Positions 37,965 through 50,739 of a stretch of DNA of 64,000 nt are shown here, piece by piece. Within the stretch, counting starts at the first letter, position 1; every line of letters starts with the position of its first letter. Origin of the DNA: Octopus vulgaris (Eukaryota); NCBI GenBank assembly GCA_951406725.2, contig OX597817.1:66340001-66404000 (forward strand), in the 5' to 3' direction. Under the pieces are notes generated by a model. The model ran no database searches, was not told the origin of the DNA, and saw only the letters and a list, made by a program, of their open reading frames with translations. The position numbers and the translations under genes are program-made.

Positions 37965-38015
37965 AGCTTCTACAGGACTAGAACTGTTTCATTCAAAAGA
38001 AATCATCAGGAAGCT
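37965..38015 (-). ncRNA. Type I hammerhead ribozyme motif with canonical core
   Basis: Minus strand: agcttc CTGATGA t-ttc-tttt-gaa-t GAAA cag-ttctagtc-ctg TA gaagct; 6-bp stem I, 3-bp stem III, GUA triplet; weak stem II. Confidence 0.72.
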
Positions 38016-39003
38016 AGTAGACAAGAGTTGTTTTGGCATTTATACATTTAGGCAGGTTTAAATGGGTGGTGGTGGGGGACTTTTTTGGGGGTAGGCATGG
38101 CGCAAAACTGTCATTATTAGGGGAGTGGTCAAAGGAATCGGTGGTTGATTTTCTTCCGACTTGAAATAGAAAATACTTTGTTATCTGATAATGCAAACAT
38201 TAATGAAACTAATTCTTCTGTTTCTTTAAAAAATGTTTTGTTTTTACTAGTTTTTACTCTTATTTTTGAATTATATACATTCTACATGACCTTAATTTTA
38301 ACATATCTGTGATTTGAAATTCTTGGATAATGAGTTTTGTTAAGAAAATGAAATTAAAAAATTGTATAATACTAAAATAAGACAGAACTCTTTTAGCTTA
38401 GGACAGAAATTTTTAAATAAAAAATAGTAACTTGAATTTTTAAAATTGTAGTAAAAAACAAAAAGATGCACAAACTATTTGATTCACTATTTTTTCTTCT
38501 TGTCCTGTACTTTTCCAGATTCCATATTTAAGTGTATTCTAGCAGTCTGTCCCCACAAACGAAACTCTTGGCAACTATGTTGCATGTTAAAAATGAATAA
38601 ACATATACATATATTCATATTTTGAGTTCTGTTTTTTCCTGTTTGCATTGCCATACATACTTGATGATTGCTTCATATTGACAGATGATAACTGTTCCAT
38701 CAACACACACACACACCACACACCATTACACAACACAATCCCTCTATTGATGAGCACTCAGATGACTTTTAACACCAACTACTGATTGACAAGGTTTAAA
38801 ACACAAGTGACAGATATTATTCAAGTTTCTTCTATGTCTTTGTCCTTTGGAATCTGATTCTGAAGGAATGTTTTTGTGAAGTAGCATATGTCTTTTATTC
38901 CAGATATTGTCTTACAAGTTTTGTGACGTGACACAAGTCATAAGAGGCGGTTGGTGTTCAAGATTATTACCTACCTGGGTATTTCAATTTTCATGGGATT
39001 TAA

Positions 39004-39224
39004 CCCTTTTGTTACCAACCCGGCTGAAACCGGCTCTGGCTCTGTAGTACAAATGTCTTGTTTTTATAAGTTCTGTATTAAAATCTTTCACCAAAACTTA
39101 GTCACAATTAATGTTCCTAACATTTGCTGAATGATAACTAAGTTATTTTACTAAATTCTTTGTTATATCTAAAATAATTGTGAGAAACACAGAGTATCTC
39201 AAAATAAATACAGTAACGAAAAAG
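39004..39224. mobile_element. TTAA-flanked (piggyBac-type) MITE
   Basis: ttaa|cccttttgttac ... gtaacgaaaaag|ttaa. Confidence 0.7.
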
Positions 39225-39792
39225 TTAATATCATTCATGTATACTGCTTTTGACAACAGAACATGATCATACATAATACATATTCACTGTTGACTTACAT
39301 TCCAATTGTTCCTTTGTGACACACTCTTTTAAGCTCAGAGTGCTGAATCATCTTTTCCTCTCAGATGTTGGAACTATAGTATATCTCTGCATCAAGACCA
39401 CCAGTGTACTTCCAAGGCAAACAAAGGTGTCAATGACTTCTAACTTTGTTCCATTCACAAAAATGGGTGCTACTTTAGTGTGTGATCAACAATTTAAAGG
39501 AAGATTACTTTAGATTACTTTTTAGTTTACTTTTCAATTTCTAAATACCCTTAATATTGACTAAATATGTTTACAATGTGATCAGCAACAAGACGAAGAC
39601 AGTTGCATTTTTATGAAGAAATGGTATTTTAAATGATGAACAAAATGTTGCACCATGTCATCGTTGTGGTGGAGAAATGAAGGCAGTTCGAAAACAAGGG
39701 AAAAATGGTGAAATTTTGCCATCTTTATGTTTGCAAAAATCGCATATGTCAAACTTGTGTGATCAATGCATCTATTTTAATTATCATATTCT

Positions 39793-40187
39793 TCTATTCT
39801 TTTATTTGTTTCAGTCACTTGACTGCGGCCATACAGGATCACTGCCTTTAGTCAAACAAATCGACCCTAGGACTTAGTCTTTGTAAGCCTAGTACTTATA
39901 CTATTGGTTTCTTTTGCCTAACCGCTAAGTTACAGGGATGTAAATACACCAACATCGGTTGTCAAGCGATGATGGGAGGGACTAACACAGATACACAGAT
40001 ATACACACACACACACACACATATACGGCAAGTTTCTTTCAGTTTCCGTCTACCAAATCCACTCACAAGGCTTTGGTCAGCTTGAGGCTATAGTAAAAGA
40101 CACTTGCCCAAGGTGCCACGCAGTGGGACTGAACCCGAAACCATGTGGTGGTAAGCAAGCTACTTACCACACAGCCACTCCTGCGCC
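39793..40187 (-). mobile_element. SINE family B, full length
   Basis: Reverse complement of the family B consensus ending cacagccactcctgcgcc. Confidence 0.88.
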
Positions 40188-40298
40188 TATGTTTATCATT
40201 TATTCTTGGTTTTTTATTATTATTTACTAAGACATAAATGAAACGTGGTTTCATTATTATTAAAATAGTAAGAATTTTGAATAAAAATGCATTTACAA

Positions 40299-40572
40299 TT
40301 GGGTTGGCTACTAAGTTCCTGCCGTTTTATTTTTAAAAGGTTTAATAAAAATTAACAACTAATTAATCAATAATGTATTCACCCTTGTTGTTTACAACTT
40401 CTTCCCAACGTTCAACAAGATTTTCAATACTTCATTGATAGAAATCACCCGATTTCGACTCAAAAAATTGATCCTACCAAGCTCTCAATTCTGCATCAGT
40501 ATTGAATGAAACTCCGCGCATAGCATTTGAAAGAGATCGAAAGTGGTGGAAATCTGTTGGTGCCAAATCATA
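40299..40572 (-). mobile_element. mariner (DD34D) transposon 3' remnant
   Basis: DLAPTDFHHFRSLSNAMRGVSF..LRAW*DQFFESKSGDFYQ*SIENLVERWEEVVNNKGEYIID*; TIR ttgggttggctactaagttcctgccgtttt at 40299. Confidence 0.88.
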
Positions 40573-40655
40573 AGTCCTGGTGTCGATTTGCTCGACTAAA
40601 GGCGGTGCTCCAACATGGCCACAGTCAAATGACTGAAACAAGTAAAAGAAAAATG

Positions 40656-40688
<33 letters not shown>

Positions 40689-40699
40689 TATACATACAC

Positions 40700-41100
40700 G
40701 CGCAGGAGTGGCTGTGTGGTAAGTAGCTTGTCTACCACCCACATGGTTCCGGGTTCAGTCCCACTGTGTGGCACCTTGGGCGAGTGTCTCCTGCTATAGC
40801 CTCGGGCAGACCAAAGCCTTGTGAGTGGATTTGGTAGACGGAAACTGAAAGAAGCCTGTCGTATATATGTATGTGTGTGTGTTTGTGTGTCTGTGTTTGT
40901 CCCTCTAGCATTGCTTGACAACCGATGCTGGTGTGTTTATGTCCCCGTTACCTAGCGGTTCGGCAAAAGAGACCGATAGAATAAGTACTGGGCTTACAAA
41001 AAGAATAAGTCCCGGGGTCGAGTTGCTCGATTAAAGGCGGTGCTCCAGCATGGCCGCAGTCAAATGACTGAAACAAGTAAAAGAGTAAAGAGTAAAAGAG
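40700..41100 (+). mobile_element. SINE family B, full length (preceded by a 3' fragment at 40570-40650)
   Basis: gcgcaggagtggctgtgtggtaagtagc...ccttgggcgagtgtc...gactgaaacaagtaaaagagtaaag. Confidence 0.9.
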
Positions 41101-41158
41101 TAAGAGTACATAATGGATGGCCGTTGACTACTATATGAGCTCATACATACACACACAT

Positions 41159-41221
<63 letters not shown>

Positions 41222-42359
41222 CACACACACATATATACTCACATACATACATACATTACACACGCTCACACACACACATATTTATAACTTTGTCTTCCTT
41301 ATTTCCCAAAAGCATATTCATATTCTCGTCACAATTCAACTGAGTGAACTCCTGAATTCCCTCAGTTAAGAAAGAAAACTGGTTATTACAGTATTCGCGC
41401 TGGAGAGACTGATTTTCATATCAAATACTCAAATAGACGAATAGACAGACAGACAAACAGGCAGGCTGACGGACAGACAGTGTCTACCAAATTTCAATCA
41501 CATGATATTAGTCAAAAACCAAGATATAAGAAACATGGTTGAAATAAATTAAAACCAGGTGCAAGAAAGGTTCGTTGGCGCTTCTTAATGTTTTACATAC
41601 ATTTATTTGTAACGAAGACACAAGACCACACATTTGGGCGGGAAAACGTATAGACTGTTATGTCTCTCAGTATTTAGATGGTCCTCTAATTTAACGATTT
41701 AGTAAAGATTAAAATCGTATTCAGCTGGATTTTCCTAATAATACACAAAAGGCTATAAAAAAATGTGTCCATTGCTCTAACAACATAACGCTTTACATCA
41801 TACACAAATGTCCGACAATTTGTTACGTATAAAAAAAAAACACTAAGGGAGGTAACTTCAAAATACCGTCGAAAATAAGAAAATTTATTTAGAGTAATGT
41901 CCCTTGAATAACACGTTTGCGTTATTGAACCTTTTTTTTAAGCATGTTTCTCCTCTTTATCCATTGATGCGAGGGGAAACGTTACTACTTTTTAAAAAAT
42001 CATAACATGTTCATCCAAAACAAGGCAAAAAAGCCCTGACCCATTTTATTAGTCGTTTGATGAAATTTACTATTAGTAAAAGAAAGCTGTCAAGTGTTGG
42101 GGTTGATACAATCAAAAGTATTCTTGCCCCCAAATTTTTACCGTTGTTTCAATGTAAGACATTATTCGTAGTCCTTCATGAGTTTAGATCTCATTGTCGT
42201 TTTAATGAACAATAAACTCAGATTAACTTGACAAAATTGCCTGGAGCTGTTTTGTCAAGCATTTTATATATTACAAATGGATTGTAGTGGATGTCAGAAT
42301 TGGTAGAATGATAATCAAAAGGTATTCTCATGTGTTTAATTATGTCTAAATGATGGTTT

Positions 42360-42700
42360 CTGATTTATGCACAAGGCCAGCAATTTTGATGAGAGAATTT
42401 CAGTTGATATCAGCCACTCCAGTACATAACTGGTACTCCATTTTAATGACCCCACAATGATGAAAGGCAAAGCTGACTTTGGTAAGGTTTGAACTCAAAA
42501 TATAAAAAAAATCTAAGCAAATGCATTTAAGTGATACCATTGAGTCCAGTACTTAACAGACACTTTATTTTATCAGTCCCTAAAGGATGAAATGCAGATT
42601 GGACCTAGGTGGGATTTCCACTCAAAGCTTAAAGTTCTGGAACAAATACCACAAGGCATTTTTTCTAAGTTTCTAATAATTCAGCCAACCTACTGTCCTC

Positions 42701-42731
<31 letters not shown>

Positions 42732-44230
42732 CTATAATAGATTTTGATGTATGGAGGTTTGAAGGAAAGGATTAAGAAACAAGTATATAAAAAAAAGAAG
42801 CTACATCTATTTGCAGTGGATGACTGAATGCAACTTGAGTTCAGGTATGGATTTTGTTAGGAAGTCAAATGGGAACAAGGATTTTGGAGGGAATTGTGGA
42901 AATGTATCTGTTGATTGCATGATAAAGTTATTTTATTGTTCTGTTTCTTCAGCTCAAATTGTTTACATACTTCATGACACATTTACACCACTCAGATTGA
43001 TCTAGGCAATAATTTTCCCAAGATGTTACATTAAGGTGTAGGGGTTTTAGTGATTATTTCAACTTATTCTTATACTTTAACAGGTGTCTTCTGCTACTGC
43101 AGAAACCCTGTACTTATTGGCCATACCAAAGAATTTTCAGAATGCCATATTATATTTCAGATATTGTACAGACAATAATTGTAAAAATTTTCAAGTTTCT
43201 TCATATGTCTGTTGTTGGGAGTCCATACTTCTACCCCATACAGAAATGTGTTCAAAATACAAAATTTGTATAGTCTTATTTTAGTTATAAAACTGATACC
43301 GTGTTCCTTCAACAAACAATGGAAAAGTTTATAAAAGCACTTGTAGCTTTAGATGTTCTATAATAATGATGATGATGATGATAATAATAATATTGGTTTC
43401 AAATTTTGGCACAAGGCCTGCAATTTCGGAGGAGGGTTAAGTCAATCTATTGAATCCAGTTTTCAACTGGTACTTATTTTATCAACTCTGAAAGGATAAA
43501 AGGTAAAGTTGGCATTTGAATTTGGAATATAAAGCTGAACAAAATACTGCTAGGCATTTTGCTTGGTGTGCTCACAATTCTGCCAGCTTACAATAATGGT
43601 AATAAGCTGGACCCATGAAAATATCACGGAAAACATAAAAAATGTAAGCATTTGTTAACAGTGTACTGGTGCCATGAGAAATGTTTGTATATTATGACCA
43701 TCTGTCTTTATGTTCTGAGTTCAAATGCCGAGGTTGACTTTATCTTTCATCCTTTCGGGGTTGATAAATGAAGTACCAGTTGTGTACTGGAGTCGATCTA
43801 ATCAACTGGCCCCTCCTCACAAAGATTTCAGGCCAGAAAAGTATATTGTGACAGTTACAGAATATAGAAAGTAATGTAACACCAATGTCTATATAATCCA
43901 ACCAAAATATCTCAGTTGCACAAACGTAAACAGAATTACTATTTAACCTTAAAATACATCGTACATATTCAAAGAACCTTCTTGGTTTGGTGGTATGGAA
44001 CGTTTTTCTGGTATTCTTTTATTCTTTTACTTGATTCAGTCATTTCACGGTGGCCATGCTGGAGCACTACCCTTTAGTAGAAGAAATTGACCCCTGGATT
44101 TATTCCCTGTAAGCCTGGTGCTTATTCTATCAGTCTCTTCTGCTGACAGCTAAATTACAGGGATGCAAATGCACCAACATCGGTTGTCAAGCAATGGTGG
44201 TGATGGGACAAACACAAACACACATACATA
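42360..44230. mobile_element. Cluster of degenerate, CpG-depleted SINE A/B copies
   Basis: Minus-strand copies at ~42360-42700 and ~43395-43590, plus-strand copy at ~43680-43840, SINE B 3' part at ~44020-44230. Confidence 0.75.
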
Positions 44231-44409
44231 TATATGATGGGCTTAGAGGTAGTGGTGATGCTGGCTGGTGTGATTTTGTGGTTTGCTAGTATGCCAAGAA
44301 AGATCCAGTAGGCTCCTAACTGGATCCTCAATCTTAAAGGTGTAATGTGGTTGTGTAATGATGGAGCAGCTGGTGTGGTGGTGATGCTAGCTGGTGCAGT
44401 AGTCTTCCT

Positions 44410-45070
44410 CACAGTACTTCATAGTAGACAATATTTTGTGTGTATGTCACACCACGTTTTTGGCCTTGTTTGTTATCCCAATTGAGTGTCATAACTCTTA
44501 CTTTGATATTGCTCATAGCTCATAGCTCGTGCTCTTGAAAATGTGACATATAAGTGGCCATGAGAAAATACCGGTTGAGGCAAATGTATTCCAACTTTTT
44601 CAAATGTTTGCCCTTGAGCCTTATTGATTGTCATTAAATATGCAAGTGGAAGTGGAAACTGAAGTCTGTTTAATGAGAATGGAATATATGCATCACTTGG
44701 GCTAAGTTGAATTCTGGGAATTAGAACTATACAACCTCTGTTGGAGCCTGTTACCAATGATCCCTCTACACAATGTTCATGAAGTTTTTGCACTTTCATG
44801 CGAGTTCCATTACATAATACCTGACTGAGTGAAAGATTTTTTAGCAGCAATACAATAGCCCCTGCTTTTAAGTTGAGGCAATGAGGAGGCATACAGGAAC
44901 CTCCTCTCCATTATTGCAGGACACTGAATCTGTGCTTAAGTATGTTGTAAGTGCCTCTGGTATAATGTTAAGAACTTTTTTTATTGCAAGACAGTCAGAA
45001 TTTTTAGGAGATAAAATTACTCATTTTTCCATTTCTTCTGGCATGTAGTTGTTGAAAATTTCTGGGTACA
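44410..45070 (-). pseudogene. Helitron Rep/Hel PIF1-family helicase C-terminal fragment
   Basis: ILSPKNSDC..TYLSTDSV, MPPHCLNLKAGAIVLLLKNL..LCNGTR..VLIPRIQL..RLQFPLPLAYLMTINKAQGQTFEKVGIHLPQPVFSHGHLYVTFSR. Confidence 0.9.
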
Positions 45071-45209
45071 AATTGAAACGCAAAAGAACGAAATAATAAA
45101 TGGATTTATGAATGAAAGTTTGGTAACTGCATTTATTTCCACTACGCGACTTATTATTGCAAACATGTTTTAACTAATCAATACTATACACACACACACA
45201 AATACATTC

Positions 45210-45252
<43 letters not shown>

Positions 45253-45559
45253 TCGAGTTGTAGCTGTAATTCAAAGGGGTCAGCCTTGTCATATTTTGTG
45301 TGAGGCAGAATCTCCTGAGAACTACGTTAATGTTATGCATGTCTGTGGAGTACTCAACCATTTGTGAGTTAATGTTATCCCCGTATGGTTATGAAAAGTA
45401 AAATTGACAGCCAGTATTTGCTGTGTCTATGTATGAATTTTTCTTTGGATTTATGTATCTACTGTTTCTCTCACTTTCTGTCTTTCTCTTTCGCTTCCTT
45501 TGTGTCCCTCTTCTCTCCTGCTTTTGATTTAACAATGTATCTATGTATCTACTTCTCTT

Positions 45560-45890
45560 GTGATGTGATAAACATTTAAAAGCTCAAAATGAATGCCGTC
45601 ATCACTCACTGTCTCTTTCACTCTCTCCTTTTCTTTCTTTCACTCTGAAACATTTAAAAATACAAAACGAACGCCATCACCACTCACTGTCTCTATTTCT
45701 CTCTCACCCACTCTCTTTCTTTCTCTCTTACATCCTCTCTGAAACATTTAAAAACACAAAATGAATGCCGTCACCACTCAGAGTCTCTTTCACTCTGTCC
45801 TCCTCACTCTTGCTTTGCCACTTCAAAGAAGTGTGACACACACAACAGGTACGTACAAAAACAAAAAGTTAGCGTATTAATATTATTGAC
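45560..45890 (+). repeat. Three ~80-90-bp tandem units plus a Helentron/HINE-like end
   Basis: aaacatttaaaa..caaaatgaatgccgtcaccactca..gtctct three times; ends ttagcgtattaatattattga. Confidence 0.55.
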
Positions 45891-45894
45891 AACA

Positions 45895-46329
45895 ATTCTT
45901 TCTACTATAGGTACAAAACCTGCAATTTTGATTATGTTAACCCCAGTGTTCAACTGGTACTTATTTTATTGATTCCAAAATGATGAAAGGTAAATTTGAC
46001 TTTGGCAAAGGCAGAAGAAACCAAAGGCAGAAGAAATGCTACTAAGCATTTTGTCTGGGGTGCTAAGACTTCTGCCAGCTTACTACCTTCTATAGTAATA
46101 ATGATAATCTTTTCTACTATAGGCACCAGGCCTGAAACTTCGATGGGTGGGATGGGAGCTTATCAATTACACTGACCTCAGTGCTCAACTGGTACTTATT
46201 TTGTCAACCCTGAAAAGATGAAAGCAAAGTAAACTTTGGCGGAATCTGAGTTCAGAATGTGCAGTTAAAAGAAATGTTGCTAAGCAAATTGTCCAATGTG
46301 CTAACACAATCTGCTAGCTTACCATCTTC

Positions 46330-46366
<37 letters not shown>

Positions 46367-46802
46367 GAAATGATGGTTTCAAATTTTGGCACAAAGCCAG
46401 CAATTTTGCATCATTCCTAGTGTTCAGCTGGTACTTATTTTATTGACCCCACAAGATGATGAAAGGCAAAGTCAACCTCAGCAGAATTTGAACTATGATC
46501 ATAAAAACAGGTGAAATGCTGCTAAGCATTTTATCCCATGTACTAATGATTCTGCCAGCTCACCACCTTCAATAGTAATAATAATAATCCTTTCTACTAT
46601 AGGCACAAGGTTTGAAATTTGGAGGAGGGGATAATCGATTACATCAATCCCAGTACTCAATCGGTACTTATTTTATTGAGCCCGAAAATTAAGAAAGGCA
46701 AAGTCGACCTCAGTGGAATTTTAACTCAGATTGTAAAGATGGATGAAATGTCACTAAGCATTTTACCCTACATGCTAATGGTTCTGCCAGCTCATTACCT
46801 TC

Positions 46803-46845
<43 letters not shown>

Positions 46846-46850
46846 GTAAT
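45895..46850 (-). mobile_element. Head-to-tail array of ~4 degenerate SINE A copies separated by (AAT)n
   Basis: Repeated ctttctactataggcacaagg...caactggtacttatttta...gaaaggcaaagtc...ctgccagct units. Confidence 0.85.
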
Positions 46851-47179
46851 AATAATGTCTCTCTTATCATCACCTGCCCCAAATTTAAATTCTGTTGAAG
46901 TCAACTTTGACCTCTCATTTTTCTGAAATTAATGGAATGCAGTACTAGTTAAATACTTGAGATCAATTAAGTTGACAATATCTCTCTTTCAAAATGTGAG
47001 GGCCTTGGGTCTATGTCAGAAATTCCTCTTATCCAAGTGGTAGATTAACAGAATCATCATAGCACCAGTTAAAATGCCTTGTAGCATTTTTTCATTCTGA
47101 GTTCAAATCCTGCTGATGCTGGCTTTAGGGAGGGGGGGGGGCAACAAAATAAAAAAAAAATAACAGTATACTTGGGCCT

Positions 47180-47540
47180 CTGTCTGTCAATAATGACCAT
47201 GGTGAGAGTCAAAGTTGTCCACCCTATTGGAACAAAAGGGTGGACAACTTAAATTTAAAATTAGTGTCTTCCCTTATAGGGTGTTCAATAGGAATCAAGG
47301 CTGGGCAGTATGGTTTGGAGGATAGTTATTGCTCATGCAGCAAGTCTCTCTCTCCACACCATTACAATTTGGCACCAATGTTGTCACAGGAGCTGCCAAA
47401 ATGAGGTGTTGACGATATCAAACTGTCCCAGGAGCTCCAACTCACGATTTTTCCTCAAGGTTTATCTCCCAAACCTTTTCCATAGCTGGATACAGTCACA
47501 ATGCAGCAGAGTTTTGGAATCAGTGTTTTGCTTTCACTAA
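47180..47540 (-). mobile_element. RTE-type LINE 5'-region remnant
   Basis: gctcatgcagcaagtctctctctccac..ttggcaccaatgttgtcacaggagctgcc..ggagctccaactc resembles RTE/BovB-type 5' sequence and the SINE C body; recognised by eye. Confidence 0.45.
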
Positions 47541-50500
47541 AACATCAATCAAATACTGAGTTTGATACAACAGATTGGTGAGATGATGCAGGATCAAGAC
47601 AAATGATATGTTATTTTCAGACTCAACTAACAGATATATGTAAAAATGACTTTAATTGATGATTATGACAATGATGATGATTTACTGAATATACTAAATA
47701 TATATCACCTCAAGAAACAAGAGAAATCCAATATTGTAAATGGTCTTGATTTTAACAAACTAGGGTGGTTTGCATGAATGAAAAACTGAAGCAAATGTCT
47801 GATAATCAGATTATGTAAGTTATTGGAAACAATCTCAATATTCCACAATGTAATAATTTTGCACAATAGTATTATCCAGTTGTTTTAGAGACTGTAAATT
47901 ACTGTGAAAGAAATGGAGGGCATAATAATTAGATACAAGAATTAGTAATTGGACACAGATTCACGATTGAAATGCATTTTATTTTTAATAATTGGCAAGA
48001 TAGCACAATCTTTGAAATTTTTCATGAGCTATTTCTAAATGATAGATTACAAGAATAAGTAACAGATAAGAGATTAAATCTTTGAAAAGATGGATAGGAC
48101 TGTTACGATCTGTGAATGACTATGTCTCATTAATATACAACATCACCAAACTTTAGCATTAGTCAGAGTAAAGAAAGACATTTAGAATCACATCAGTAAT
48201 GTTGATTTGATTTTGGTATGGTAGATGACTAATAGTTAATGGAATAAATGGTTTTTAATTTTATTGATACAAATCATTAAATTAATTGTTCAGAGTAGCT
48301 GTATTATTAAAGAATGAGATATCACTTCATTTTTCTTCATCAAGTATTTCGTGGAAGAAGCTAGATATGTTTTTGCCAAAAGTTTGCTGATTACCATATT
48401 TTCTGAAATGTAGGATGCTCTGACCTCAAAAACATACTTCTGATTTTGATTTGAAAATTTTTAAACAAAAGTAAACATGAAAATATGGTCTCAGCACTTT
48501 CCTATACTTTATTAAGATGTTCTTAATGACATACAGATGCAAGAAATGTTGAGTTTAGCAGAGATAACCTTCCTCTGGGGTTAAAACTGGCTAACAAAAA
48601 CTGTAAACTTCATCCTTTGAGATACATGTTCAATTTTTGGGAGATATTTTAGGTAAAAATGGCATTCTTGATACTGGAAAATATGGTAATTGTCATCTAG
48701 AAATAATGATTTTAGTTCTAAACTTCTGTTTTAGCACATGCTGATTTTCATTTGACATAAATTGACTTTAAAACATTTCCTTCCATATAGACCAGCTTTA
48801 TATGGTGTTTAATGCAAAAACCTCCATTTACAGTGTCATCTAAACCTTTGTCGTCCTGGAAATGGCGAGAAAAAGTGAAATCAAATTGAAAATCTGCCTC
48901 TAATTCTTCCACTTTCATTCTGTTTCATTAGTAAGCATTGACAGAAAAGACTATTGCTACTGCTTGTACCAAACAATGACAGATACTATAAGCTAGTTAA
49001 AATGTTGCTGAGAAGAGAGCTTTATGGATACTGTAAATATGTAAGGTTTTTGTCTAGCATTTAAAAATAATTTTTATTTGAAAAATAAAAACAAACACTT
49101 TATTTTTTTCATTCTGTTGTCTTTTACTTCAATGTTACATAAATAAACATATGTACATATATACACAAAGGATATATGCATATGGTGTAATACACATTAA
49201 GAACAGTTCAAATTGCCTTTTCAGATGATTATGGATAAGGTCTTAGAAACCTTCACACACTCTTCTCCCACAATTTCTGGGTAAAGCATAATAACATTCA
49301 CCACATACACAATTCTTGAGTGAAGTAATATTACCTTCACTATACCAAGCAAGAGGGAAAATGTTTAAGGATTTATAATGATAATAGCAATAATTAAAAA
49401 TAAAATAAAATTTTGAAAGATTAGAGAAATAAAGGATATAAGAAGCAACAGAATGTGTCATATGAAAGAATATAAATCAGATTTTTAATGCAAAAACATC
49501 AGAGCTATGGTAGTATCTGGGTGCGATTATCCCATGTTCCTGACAGAGATTTACAAGCTTTTTATTTGTTTGTTTAATTATCTCTGAATTAATTTAAAAA
49601 ATCATGAAAAATTCAACTGGTCTATAAAACAAGTTATCCAAAACTGTGATCGAATACATATGGTTATTTCACATATGAAAAACGTAAACAGAAGAGCAGT
49701 GAGGGAGATTTTTAACAAAAACAGACCAAAGTAGAAATTAAATGCTACATATTTTTGCCTACCCCCAACCTCTTTAAGACAATAAGAATTTATGGCTACA
49801 GCTATATTTGATAGTCTTTCCATGAACACACATGTACCCTAATATCTTTCCGTATTTCTTAAATGTATCAATTAAAAAAATGAGATATAATGGATTCTTA
49901 TCTAAGCACAAGGCCAGTTGCTGAGAATGTGTTGTATAAGTGATTGCCTCAGTTCTACAATACCCTGATATATGTTTAATTTACTCTTAAAAAAATGAAA
50001 GACAAAGTTGATCTCAGTGGGATTTGCATGTGGAAGAGTGACTCAGAGAGAAAGTGACGAAGCTAAATCCTATTATGCATTTAGACTGCTACTCATTTTA
50101 GTCTGTCTCAGCAAATTTACATACACAAAGTGATAAGCAAGTCCATATATTATATATAATATTGCAACTCTTGTGAAATTAATTAATAAAGCCTGAACCG
50201 GATATTGTATATAATTAATGATTATTATATTTCTTGCACAAGTATTCTATGTAACAAAAAATAATATATAGGAGACTGGGATGTTAGAATATTATTTTGT
50301 TATTAACCACAATAAAATGATACAGAGCTTTTAGAACATGAATGAAAAGTTTGCTAATGTAATGAATATAATGATGTAATATTTCCTAACCTAACTAGCA
50401 CAAAACTTAGAAGAAGAATAGTATAAGAGAGAAGGGCCAGATGTCCCATGATTAAGTTGGCTCACACTAAAAGATGTTGCTGTGTACTTAACATTTTTTG

Positions 50501-50739
50501 CCTTATATATACATATATATATATATAATACTTTTTAAAAAAAGTTTGTTTATTAAATGATTAAAATAAAATTAAAAAAAACAATAATTTGGGATGGAGA
50601 TTTGAACTAGGAAAAATAATTCTTATCTGAATGTAGGCACTATGTAGGATATTTTTACCAACTTTAAACTTGAGGAAATTTAGGAACAAAAACCAAATGT
50701 AAAAATTGAAAGAAACTGATGGGTCACTGTGCGTTGAAA

